Origin: a virus | Length of the DNA: 64,000 nt | Reading direction: 5' to 3' (one strand) | IMG/VR virus record: IMGVR_UViG_3300014208_000003 | Location: 32,001-96,000 of that record | In this document: positions 30,695-39,354 of the stretch, one piece after another | How positions within the stretch are numbered: position 1 is the stretch's first letter | Layout of the letters: each line of letters begins with the position of its first letter | Program-made: the position numbers and the translations under genes | The notes under the pieces: model-generated | Database searches by the model: none | Told to the model about the DNA's origin: nothing | What the model saw: the letters and a program-made list of their open reading frames with translations, nothing else

Positions 30695-30980
30695 TCTTCT
30701 TAGGAATAAATAATTTTTCAATGTTAGCGATATATCTTTCAACATCAATATCAAAAAACGGATCATCAAGTTTCTTCCGGAAGATGTTTTGAATATCTTC
30801 TGGTGGACGGTTCGTTGTGCTTCTACCTTCTATATATGTTAACGAATGCCAGACTAGTTCCGGTTCAATCTTTTCCCAAGCCAATGTCAATAATATTACT
30901 AGTGATGAATGATTTATATTACTTGGTACGGTTTTAATAACAATATAAGATTCACGGGCAGATCTATATATTTTAAGCAT
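30684..30980 (-). CDS. PE...PF-family paralogue (long)
   Basis: PPEDIQNIFRKKLDDPFFDIDVER. Confidence 0.75.
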   Translation of the reverse strand: MLKIYRSARESYIVIKTVPSNINHSSLVILLTLAWEKIEPELVWHSLTYIEGRSTTNRPPEDIQNIFRKKLDDPFFDIDVERYIANIEKLFIPKKTTI

Positions 30981-30984
30981 TCTT

Positions 30985-31236
30985 TTAAAACCTTTGTCTA
31001 ATATATCTTTCTAATTCTATTTCCGAAAAAGGATCTTGAATCTTTTTCCGAACCATCTCTTGAACATTCTCCGGAACATCTTTAACATCAACATCAATAT
31101 CTAAACATCTTAACGAATCCTTATACCACCAATCTAATCGAAATTGTTTATATTGAATCAGGTATCCGAAACAAACATCTTTATAATAATCGCCAACCTT
31201 ATAAAAATAATCATTCCAATAAACATTAAACCACAT
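30985..31236 (-). CDS. PE...PF-family paralogue (long)
   Basis: VPENVQEMVRKKIQDPFSEIELER. Confidence 0.75.
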   Translation of the reverse strand: MWFNVYWNDYFYKVGDYYKDVCFGYLIQYKQFRLDWWYKDSLRCLDIDVDVKDVPENVQEMVRKKIQDPFSEIELERYIRQRF

Positions 31237-31513
31237 TCTTTAACCACCTTATATATTCAATCTCTGTAAAAGGATCATCAAACTTATTCCGGAATGCTTT
31301 TACAATATCTTCCGGAACATCTGCTTCTGAAATTGGTTTGTAATGTTTATCTATATCACGAATAAAACAAATACCTTCATCAAATATCGAATTATATAAA
31401 CAAATTCTTCCGGAAGATGCCACGTAAAAATCTACTGGTAATAAAATATCATCCGACCAATTTTCATGGTAAATCTGCATACTGGAATATAATAGATAGA
31501 AGGTCTGGAACAA
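31226..31513 (-). CDS. PE...PF-family paralogue (long)
   Basis: VPEDIVKAFRNKFDDPFTEIEYIR. Confidence 0.7.
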   Translation of the reverse strand: MFQTFYLLYSSMQIYHENWSDDILLPVDFYVASSGRICLYNSIFDEGICFIRDIDKHYKPISEADVPEDIVKAFRNKFDDPFTEIEYIRWLKNVV

Positions 31514-31578
31514 AAGGAATTATTGCGCGTACTTTCATGTTATCTAAATACTATTGAACATTAATAACAGGAGGTAGT

Positions 31579-32295
31579 ATGAGAGAAATTGAATTGAGTA
31601 ATGGTATGGTAACTAAAGTAGACGATGAAGATTTTATTTATCTATCACAGTTTAACTTCCATTTTAAGAAACAAACCGATCCAAGATACAAATATGGTTA
31701 TGCTTATAGAGTGATTTGGAATAAGGAAACTAAAACTAAAAAAGCATTGGATATACACAGAGAAATTATGAATGCTAAAAAAGGAGAATGTGTTGATCAT
31801 ATTAATCATGACACATTAGATAACAGAAAAGAAAATTTAAGAATATGTACTCATCAACAAAATATGTGCAATAAAGCTAAACTATCAAACACAAGTAATT
31901 TATATAAAGGTGTTTCAATAATGAGTAGAAATAAATTAAGACCCTATGTTGCAATGTGTGGCGGAGATTTTGTTGGTTGCTTTAAAACAGAATTAGAAGC
32001 AGCAATGGCATATAACGGAAGAGCAAAAGAACTATATGGGGAATTTGCTGTAGTGAATGATTGTGGTTTTATATTTAATTATGTTCCGGATAAAATTAAA
32101 AATAAGACTTCGAAATATATTGGTGTAAGAAGATTCCGAAATAAAGATAAAAAAGAAATGGGATGGACTGCTTATTATAACTCAAAATATATCGGATACT
32201 TTAAAACAGAAGATGATGCAAAACAAGCTAGAGATAAATATGTAGAAAATTATAACAAACCATCGCCTGAATATTATATTGGAAACGGTGTTTAA
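31579..32295 (+). mobile_element. HNH homing endonuclease with AP2-like domains
   Basis: VDHINHDTLDNRKENLR; YKGV...GCFKTELEAAMAYN; YIGV...GYFKTEDDA; late promoter at 31543. Confidence 0.85.
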
Positions 32296-32912
32296 TAACT
32301 ATTCCGAATCATCTTTAAAATAAATCTTCCGGATCATTATTAGAAATATTTCCGGAAGATGCTTTTCAAATAATCAATCTCTAATCATTCTATCAACACA
32401 CTAATAGTAAACATATATTATGCGCAATGTAAATTCCTTATTCCGGAATATGGTATGGAAGGATTATCGGAAATGGGTTCGGAATACTTCTAGAATGATT
32501 CCGGAAAATGGTATCTGAATACTTTCCGGAAGAACTTATCGGAAGAGGGATCCGGAATATTGCTTTATAGGGTATAGCGGTTTTTTATACAGGAGGCGGT
32601 TTTGGGGTGTCTAAAGGGGGTGCTCAGATTCGGAATTCTTTCAAAACATTCTTGCGGAAATATTGGAGGAATGATTAGATGAATGTTCCGGAAATCTCAC
32701 ATAAAATAATTCTAGAAGTATTCCGGAAGATATTTGTGTTTTTTATTCCGGAAGATTATATTGGTATGAATTTTTGGATTTAATTTTTCGGGAAGTTTTT
32801 TGGCTATAGAACTTTTTGTGATTGGTATGAAAATTGCTATGATATTTAATTCCGGAAGAATGTTCAAGAAATAATTTTGATTTAGTATTGTGATATGTTA
32901 TTTTAGCGTGGT
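32296..32912. other. Non-coding GC-skew switch region; candidate replication origin or genome end/packaging site
   Basis: + strand flips from C-rich to G-rich near 32.45 kb; 8 perfect TTCCGGAA; G-run island 32570-32624. Confidence 0.5.
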
Positions 32913-33179
32913 ATGTATAAAATATTTATTACGAGTGAAGAGAATAGATATCCTGTTATAGTATTATTGCGTGATGGTTGTTTGATGACATGTTATGGTA
33001 CTAAGGTTGAAATATGGATAATACAATGGTCGGATAATTTGAGAAATGAATTACAACGAGTTTATAAAGAAGTTGATATAGAAGATGTTCCGGAGATTTA
33101 CAGGGAATTGGTTCGGAACAGATTATCAGATCCGTTTTTGGATATAGAGACTAGAAGGTTAAAAGTTAAAGATGAATAA
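32913..33179 (+). CDS. PE...PF-family paralogue (long), first gene of rightward array
   Basis: VPEIYRELVRNRLSDPFLDIETRR. Confidence 0.75.
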   Translation: MYKIFITSEENRYPVIVLLRDGCLMTCYGTKVEIWIIQWSDNLRNELQRVYKEVDIEDVPEIYRELVRNRLSDPFLDIETRRLKVKDE

Positions 33180-33450
33180 ATTTAATATTGAGAATGTTAT
33201 ATGTTTCAGGGCGGGTAATGTATATGCGTGTTTTGTTGGGAAGATAATGTGTAAATATAATCTGAAAAAATATATAGCGGTTGAAATGTACAGAAAAATG
33301 ATTGGGATAGATTGGTTTTATAGGATGCAAAAAAATTCGGATGAGAGTATTACCATTCAAGAAGTTCCAGAGAATCTTCAGGAATATATTTTATCACCAT
33401 TTTTTGAGATAGATGTTCTGAGGCAATATCCGGAAATTATTTGGTTATGA
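33172..33450 (+). CDS. PE...PF-family paralogue (short)
   Basis: VPENLQEYILSPFFEIDVLR. Confidence 0.75.
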   Translation: MNKFNIENVICFRAGNVYACFVGKIMCKYNLKKYIAVEMYRKMIGIDWFYRMQKNSDESITIQEVPENLQEYILSPFFEIDVLRQYPEIIWL

Positions 33451-33713
33451 GATATTTTACATGGTATAATCATAAAGATCTTGTAGGATATTTGTGTTAT
33501 GCTTATGATGATAGGAAAATCTATTTACGTGCTAGTGATGAGACAGAGGATATTGAATTTACTAGTTATTATATTCCGGAGTGGGTGAAACAAGGTAAAT
33601 TAATAGAAGTTTCTGGTGATATTGTTCCGGAAGTTCTTAAGGAGAGATTTCGGAATAGGTTTGCTGATCCTTTTTTAGAGATTGATTATGAAAGGTTCCT
33701 GAATAGTTTATGA
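33441..33713 (+). CDS. PE...PF-family paralogue (long)
   Basis: VPEVLKERFRNRFADPFLEIDYER. Confidence 0.75.
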   Translation: MVMRYFTWYNHKDLVGYLCYAYDDRKIYLRASDETEDIEFTSYYIPEWVKQGKLIEVSGDIVPEVLKERFRNRFADPFLEIDYERFLNSL

Positions 33714-33997
33714 GGATATATTTAACAGAACATCCGAATTATTTTACTGTGTTTATTATTTTATTGGAGAAGGGTGATTATTTTGTTTATGTTGGATTTA
33801 AGGAAGATGAATCTGAATCCGGAAAGATTAAATGTGAAGAACTGTTTAAATCAACGACAGAAAGTTTGAAGAGAAAATATCGAGAAATTGGTGTAGATGA
33901 GATTCCGGGAGATTGGAGGGAAATTGTTCAAGGCTTTCTTTCGGATCCTTTTTTAGAGATAGATGTTCGGAGGCTATTGGAAAAGAAATTTGGATGA
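33710..33997 (+). CDS. PE...PF-family paralogue (long)
   Basis: IPGDWREIVQGFLSDPFLEIDVRR. Confidence 0.75.
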   Translation: MRIYLTEHPNYFTVFIILLEKGDYFVYVGFKEDESESGKIKCEELFKSTTESLKRKYREIGVDEIPGDWREIVQGFLSDPFLEIDVRRLLEKKFG

Positions 33998-34099
33998 CTT
34001 CGGGAATTGATTGGGATAGGGTTAATAGGCATGTGGGTTGAAGGAATATGTTCAGGAGTGTTTCGGGATAGGTTATCAAATATAAGAAATTTGGGATAG

Positions 34100-34390
34100 G
34101 TGTTTATGGATATTGAAAAGTTTAAGTGTTATCAGCAATCGGTTGGTTTTTATAATATTGTTTTGGGAGAGCAATCGAAATATAGGGTTAAGAAAATTGC
34201 TATTACATTTATTAAAAAATCGGAGAGGTGTAATTCTGATATTTTAATAGATAGTTGGCATTTCGAAGATTCTATTTCTGGCACCGTTATTAAGTTTGAG
34301 GAATTGCCCGATGAGTTATTGAGATATATTCGCGATCCGTTCTTTGAGATAGAAGTAGCGAGAAAGTTTCCGGAGATTGTTTGGTTATGA
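34100..34390 (+). CDS. PE...PF-family paralogue (short)
   Basis: LPDELLRYIRDPFFEIEVAR. Confidence 0.75.
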   Translation: MFMDIEKFKCYQQSVGFYNIVLGEQSKYRVKKIAITFIKKSERCNSDILIDSWHFEDSISGTVIKFEELPDELLRYIRDPFFEIEVARKFPEIVWL

Positions 34391-34680
34391 AAATAGTAAA
34401 AGATAATATTGGTGTTGGTGATGTGTATAAAATGTGGTTGTTCCGGAGTGGTTCAAAAATTATTTATTATAGGTTTAATTTGAATTGGACAGGAATATCA
34501 TATTATTTATGGACAGGTGGTATTATTTATGAACACGATGTAACTTATAATTGTAATGTTGTTCCGGAGAATTTGAGGAAATTGTGTTTGAATATTCTTT
34601 CGGATCCTTTTTTAGAAATTGATTTGAGAAGGAAATATCATAAGTTGTTATCTGGTAATGATGTAGAGTGGTTTATATGA
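34381..34680 (+). CDS. PE...PF-family paralogue (long)
   Basis: VPENLRKLCLNILSDPFLEIDLRR. Confidence 0.75.
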   Translation: MVMKIVKDNIGVGDVYKMWLFRSGSKIIYYRFNLNWTGISYYLWTGGIIYEHDVTYNCNVVPENLRKLCLNILSDPFLEIDLRRKYHKLLSGNDVEWFI

Positions 34681-34934
34681 AATATTTAAAATCTATTAAA
34701 GACTGTAACATGGATTATATTGTTGCTATATCTTTGAGTGAAAAACGTTATTCTAAAAGATATTATTTTGTTTTCTTTTGGGACGATAATGAATTTGGTG
34801 ATTTTCATGAAGGTATAAATTTAGATGATTACAAAGAGATTGATTATAATGCGCTTCCGGAAGATTGCAGAAAGTTTATAGAGTCACCGTTTTTTGATAT
34901 TGATGTTGAAAAGGCACGTGGGAAATTATTATGA
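34668..34934 (+). CDS. PE...PF-family paralogue (short)
   Basis: LPEDCRKFIESPFFDIDVEK. Confidence 0.75.
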   Translation: MVYMKYLKSIKDCNMDYIVAISLSEKRYSKRYYFVFFWDDNEFGDFHEGINLDDYKEIDYNALPEDCRKFIESPFFDIDVEKARGKLL

Positions 34935-35245
34935 GGATCTTCCGGAATGAGGAGATATATTCATTGGTTTTAATTTGGAACGATAGAATTCCCGGTGTGG
35001 ATATAAAAACATTGGAAATTATAAGATGGGGTTCTGGGCATTTTGAATTAATGGACGATAGATGGGACTTGGATAGAGAAATTGGTTTAAAAGATATTCC
35101 GGAAGATGTTCGAAAAGAGTTTAGAGAATTTCTTTCGGATCCTTTTTTGGAGATAGATATTCTTAGAAATGATGAATATATAATTAATGGTGTTGATAAG
35201 GCATTGTTTTTTAAGAATTTGCAGGAATATAGAGAAAAGTTATGA
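34931..35245 (+). CDS. PE...PF-family paralogue (long)
   Basis: IPEDVRKEFREFLSDPFLEIDILR. Confidence 0.75.
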   Translation: MRIFRNEEIYSLVLIWNDRIPGVDIKTLEIIRWGSGHFELMDDRWDLDREIGLKDIPEDVRKEFREFLSDPFLEIDILRNDEYIINGVDKALFFKNLQEYREKL

Positions 35246-35525
35246 TTGGGAAATATTATAATTTGGGTAATGATTGTTGTTATTTAGCACGACTTGTTGA
35301 AATAGGTAGTTCTTCTAAAGTTGGATTGTATGTAAGTATTTCTGGAAATTGGATATCTATTTACAAAGAAGATAGTATTCGTTGGTTTATGGTAGAAATG
35401 TTTTCGATGGATGGTATGCTACTAAAGATGTTCCAAAAGATATTCAAGAAGCATTCCGGAAGAAGCTTGATGATCCGTTCTTTGAGATAGATTTTGAAAG
35501 ATGGAAGAGATCAAAAGGACTGTAG
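35242..35525 (+). pseudogene. Frameshifted PE...PF-family paralogue (long)
   Basis: -1 frame open from 35376 encodes DVPKDIQEAFRKKLDDPFFEIDFERW; probable missing T at ~35386-35388. Confidence 0.7.
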
Positions 35526-35762
35526 AAATTTTTGATAATCTAATTCCAGAAAAGGATCACGGAATTTTTCTTCAAAGGCTTTTCTGAAATGTTCCGGAAC
35601 ATCTTTTGCTAATACTTTTTTAACAATGTGAGGTGTGTTAGAAATTACGGGCATAGATAATGTAACATGTATTTTCTCACGACCAAAAATATCACGACGA
35701 CCTTTAACCAATATTCCTTTTTTCTGAACGTAATAATAAAGATCAGATTTAAAATATTTCAT
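35511..35762 (-). CDS. PE...PF-family paralogue (long)
   Basis: VPEHFRKAFEEKFRDPFLELDYQK. Confidence 0.75.
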   Translation of the reverse strand: MKYFKSDLYYYVQKKGILVKGRRDIFGREKIHVTLSMPVISNTPHIVKKVLAKDVPEHFRKAFEEKFRDPFLELDYQKFLQSF

Positions 35763-36058
35763 TGTTGGTAATTTTTGGTAAGACTGTAATTGATATTAAT
35801 ATTTGTTGCTACCGGTTTTTGGATATAAGAAAAATACAGTCTCAAAGTAGTAGATTTATTGTTCTCTTTCCATCTTTCATAATCCAACATAGCAAACGTT
35901 TTCATATAATCGGTTAAAGGTATTTTTTGAACATTATATTTTTTATGAATGTTTGCACAATAGTTACCATTAAAACCTTCCCAATAGTCTTCGGATTCAT
36001 CAACTATCAACCATTCTTTATTATCGCTGGTTTTAATAGCGCATCCAATACATATCAT
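35759..36058 (-). CDS. Hypothetical protein
   Basis: Coupled ORF; at most a distant family relative (FAMLDYERWK). Confidence 0.5.
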   Translation of the reverse strand: MICIGCAIKTSDNKEWLIVDESEDYWEGFNGNYCANIHKKYNVQKIPLTDYMKTFAMLDYERWKENNKSTTLRLYFSYIQKPVATNININYSLTKNYQQ

Positions 36059-36992
36059 CGTAGCACTCCATTATAAAATTATCAAACCATTTTGTATCAA
36101 TATTTTCCGGAAGATTGCTTTTAGAAACTAGGTCACTTATTCCGGAAATTATTTCTTCTAATTTTTCGGCAATACCATCGTTCAAATAATGGTATTGTCC
36201 AAGTTTTATTTTGAGTAATTCCGGAGCCTGTTTAAGAGGGTATTTTAAATCACCCGTCTCTAGTATTTCTTTTATTTGATACCCGGCTCTGAATGCATGT
36301 GACACGGCTTTCCAATCGATCCCGGAATTATCTCTTGCTTGTTTTGCTCTGGTTCCATATCCTTCATAAATTCTGTGTAAAATGTTCAGGGCATATTCTA
36401 CGGTAACTGTTTCGGTAATCATTTTTCCGCAACACTCATAATGACGAAGTTCTGGTTGTTTTGGGTTAATAATATTTTTAGTTGGATAAGAGAATTCGTC
36501 TACCGGTAATTTTTCGAATATGTCTGAAATCTTCCGGAATGATTCGAATTGTTCAAGTGTCTTTATAACATTTTCTATGGAAGCTACTCTGGAACCTTTA
36601 ACACCATACTTAGCTGTTTGTGTTTTAATATAACCAAGATAACCTCTCATATTTTTGGAATAGAATTTTGAACGGTTCCTGTGAATTTCTTTCCATATAT
36701 CCGAAGAAGTTATCCAAAGATTTTCCGGAGAATGCACCATATCAATTACGCCCATTTCTCCTTGTATAGCCAATTGAAAGAAATATTGTAGTGAATATAT
36801 TTCTTCATCAACATCATCTTTAGTATTCTTTTCGTTTTGTTTTCCGGTAGTGCTATGAATAGATTTTGGGATTTTATTCAGGAAGCATTGTTCTTTTGTC
36901 GGGAGCATTACGCCTTTAAAATCGTTATCTGAATCTGGCGAATTTGTGCCATACAAGTGACTACCGAAAATTGTTTTAAATATTGTTTTCAT
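36033..36992 (-). CDS. Nucleotidyltransferase (RlaP/YcgL-like, Pol-beta superfamily)
   Basis: FGSHLYGTNSPDSDNDFKGV, DWKAVSHAFR; start MKTIFK preferred. Confidence 0.8.
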   Translation of the reverse strand: MKTIFKTIFGSHLYGTNSPDSDNDFKGVMLPTKEQCFLNKIPKSIHSTTGKQNEKNTKDDVDEEIYSLQYFFQLAIQGEMGVIDMVHSPENLWITSSDIWKEIHRNRSKFYSKNMRGYLGYIKTQTAKYGVKGSRVASIENVIKTLEQFESFRKISDIFEKLPVDEFSYPTKNIINPKQPELRHYECCGKMITETVTVEYALNILHRIYEGYGTRAKQARDNSGIDWKAVSHAFRAGYQIKEILETGDLKYPLKQAPELLKIKLGQYHYLNDGIAEKLEEIISGISDLVSKSNLPENIDTKWFDNFIMECYDDMYWMRY

Positions 36993-37278
36993 GACTATTA
37001 TCCCTAAATTCTCTGTGTGTTGTTCCGAAATCTTTTTTAACATCTATTTCAAAAAACGGATCATTAAATTTTTCTAGTATATCTTTTGGTGGAATTACTT
37101 CGGGAAATATTTCTAATGATTCTGTTTTCAATGTACAGTACCACCAAAGAATATAAATCAAGTCTATGAAAAGCATTTTAATACCTTCCCATCCAATTTC
37201 TGTTTTTACAATAGGATAGAAATAAGTATCTGGTGGCGTCATAAAAGAAGTATGTTTGAAGGCGTGGTAAAATTTCAT
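36976..37278 (-). CDS. PE...PF-family paralogue (short)
   Basis: PPKDILEKFNDPFFEIDVKK. Confidence 0.7.
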   Translation of the reverse strand: MKFYHAFKHTSFMTPPDTYFYPIVKTEIGWEGIKMLFIDLIYILWWYCTLKTESLEIFPEVIPPKDILEKFNDPFFEIDVKKDFGTTHREFRDNSHENNI

Positions 37279-37287
37279 AAAAAAAGA

Positions 37288-37318
37288 AAAACCCTCCTAC
37301 TATACTTCAGAGGGTTTT
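37288..37318 (-). terminator. Intrinsic terminator after AAA gene
   Basis: AAAACCCTC...GAGGGTTTT hairpin followed by T tract on minus strand. Confidence 0.5.
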
Positions 37319-37332
37319 AACAAGAAAAGGTT

Positions 37333-38439
37333 TTATGATTTACGTTTGTTTCCGGATTGTACTTCCATAATTCTCCGTTTAATTTCTGGATTACATAGAA
37401 GTAGTTTTTCCGGCCATGTCTTTTTATTTTCTCTGTGTCTCATGAATTGTTCAATCAGTTCTGCCATAATTTCTCCGGGAACGTCTTCAACATAATTCAA
37501 AAGGTTATTGGATATTTTACACGCAACTTCCGAGAACTGTCCACCAAGCTTATCAAAATGTGATTCGTTCTCTTCAAACCAATTACACATTTCACGATTA
37601 ACAACAGCAAGATCCTGAATATTCATTTCCTTAATATCTTTTTTAACTTTCTGATAATTAAGTAAAAGAGTACCTACATGTATTTGTTTATTCTCTCTCC
37701 AAAATTGCATGAAGGTAGCTGTTGCGGCGGCTCCTACGATACTGAACACAACATTTGATATAGTGTGCTCATTCAAATCGGAATTGTTATTAAGAACATC
37801 AGAAACTCTTTTCCACGATCTTCTTGAAGGATATACGGAACCATTAATAGCTTCTTTTCTGGAAGGTGGGTCGAGCAATGAAGTATTTTTGGAAAGGAAT
37901 CCAATTACTTTATTATGAACCTTTCTCGATAACGCCCAATCTACCCACTCATCAAAAGTAGGACGGAAATCAACTTTGTTAAATCTATCCAATAAAGCAG
38001 GATCCAAATCTTCAACCTGATAAGAACCATTATTACTAGGATTAACAGCAGCAACTATCCGAGTATTTTTTGGTAGATCTTTTCCTGCTAATCTTCTGTT
38101 CAAGCATAGATCCATAATGACTTGATGTATTTCTGGTCTGGCACGATTTAACTCATCAAGGAACAGTAGAATCTTTTCATCTGTATCTTTTGGCCACCAG
38201 AGCGGAGGAGCATAATCAGTATATACAATTCCGTTCTTCTCGACTTTATTTGGCAAACCTATTATATCACCAGCATCAGCCATTTGTCCTAGAAAAAGAA
38301 CTATGATCCGATAACCCTTTTTTGAAAAATATTCCGAAACAACTTCTGATTTTCCTATCCCGTGAATGCCTTCTAACATGATTGGTTGGTTTATCGGGGT
38401 GGCATCAATAATTTCACATGTTTCTTTTGCACTAGCCAT
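37333..38439 (-). CDS. MoxR-like AAA+ ATPase
   Basis: GIHGIGKS, GDIIGLP, LFLDELNRA, AAVNP, LDPALLDRF, PSRRSW. Confidence 0.85.
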   Translation of the reverse strand: MASAKETCEIIDATPINQPIMLEGIHGIGKSEVVSEYFSKKGYRIIVLFLGQMADAGDIIGLPNKVEKNGIVYTDYAPPLWWPKDTDEKILLFLDELNRARPEIHQVIMDLCLNRRLAGKDLPKNTRIVAAVNPSNNGSYQVEDLDPALLDRFNKVDFRPTFDEWVDWALSRKVHNKVIGFLSKNTSLLDPPSRKEAINGSVYPSRRSWKRVSDVLNNNSDLNEHTISNVVFSIVGAAATATFMQFWRENKQIHVGTLLLNYQKVKKDIKEMNIQDLAVVNREMCNWFEENESHFDKLGGQFSEVACKISNNLLNYVEDVPGEIMAELIEQFMRHRENKKTWPEKLLLCNPEIKRRIMEVQSGNKRKS

Positions 38440-38777
38440 TATTTAACTCCTACTGGTAAATTTGTAAATATGTCAATAAAATCATTACTGAAACAAGAAG
38501 GACATTGAGTAACATCTTTGTGAACACTTCTTCCGCAATCCTGACACCGAATAAAATCTTCACGGACATCATCAACAATAGATTCAATATACCTTTCCGG
38601 AATCATTGTACCATCAACTAATACATAATCTTTCGGAAGGAGTTTAGTAGTATCACATTCGATAGTACATCCTTCAAGCTGTTTTAACTTCGCAACAAAT
38701 TTTTGGTTCGGAAATCTCGCGCAAAGTTGATTCTGAAAATGAACGGTTAAAGCATTGTCCTTGATTTTGACTCTCAT
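38439..38777 (-). CDS. Zinc-ribbon protein
   Basis: CQDCG...CPSC. Confidence 0.55.
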   Translation of the reverse strand: MRVKIKDNALTVHFQNQLCARFPNQKFVAKLKQLEGCTIECDTTKLLPKDYVLVDGTMIPERYIESIVDDVREDFIRCQDCGRSVHKDVTQCPSCFSNDFIDIFTNLPVGVK

Positions 38778-38813
38778 TACAAATCCTTTTCTGTTAAATT
38801 TTTATGATACTAC

Positions 38814-38843
38814 AAGATAACTTTTAAAACTAATCAATGTCAA
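38814..38843 (-). promoter_or_regulatory. Sigma70-type promoter TTGACA-N18-TATCTT
   Basis: Upstream of the zinc-ribbon/AAA operon. Confidence 0.5.
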
Positions 38844-38902
38844 GTCATTTAGAATATTCTCCGGAAACATAATCAAACTATGCCTTTGAATATTATTTTG
38901 AA

Positions 38903-39274
38903 TTACTTTGTTGCCGAGTATGCTTCAATTACTTTTTCTATTGTAAAAAATTCTGGGTTGATGAATGCTAGAATTGTTGGTTCTACGTTGAAAATAATAC
39001 ACAACAAAGATATCAATACAATCAAACCACTCACCAATAATCCAACTATATAAAAAACATTATCTTCTTTTTCTTTTTCAAGGAAATTATAAAATATTCC
39101 GAATATAACTCCGAATATAGCAAAAAGACATGTACTATAAACCATTGCCAGATATTGTTTAGCTACAGAATATTTTATAAACTGTTCACTAATATTTTGC
39201 ATATGAGGAACCATTCTAGAAACAATACCTTCCATTTTTGAGAAAGCCAGATTTACAGAATTCGTGTCTAACAT
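38903..39274 (-). CDS. Membrane protein
   Basis: Two hydrophobic helices; AAGGAG SD. Confidence 0.6.
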   Translation of the reverse strand: MLDTNSVNLAFSKMEGIVSRMVPHMQNISEQFIKYSVAKQYLAMVYSTCLFAIFGVIFGIFYNFLEKEKEDNVFYIVGLLVSGLIVLISLLCIIFNVEPTILAFINPEFFTIEKVIEAYSATK

Positions 39275-39354
39275 TTTTGAAACTCCTTTTTGAATAATTA
39301 TTTTGAATCTTGTTCCGGAACATCATTAAGAAATCTTCCGGAACTATTTTTTTT

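Noticed and set aside
29824-32912. CRISPR array in the repeat-rich intergenic regions
   Set aside because: Repeats are 8-bp units at ~11-bp period, with no constant 23-47 bp repeat and no unique spacers; no cas genes in the window.
26510-35762. Diversity-generating retroelement as the source of family variation
   Set aside because: No reverse transcriptase in the window and no near-identical TR/VR pair with adenine-specific differences; divergence is spread across the N-termini.
35759-36058. Counting this ORF as a family member
   Set aside because: Lacks both PE and PF; only a weak LDYERW resemblance.
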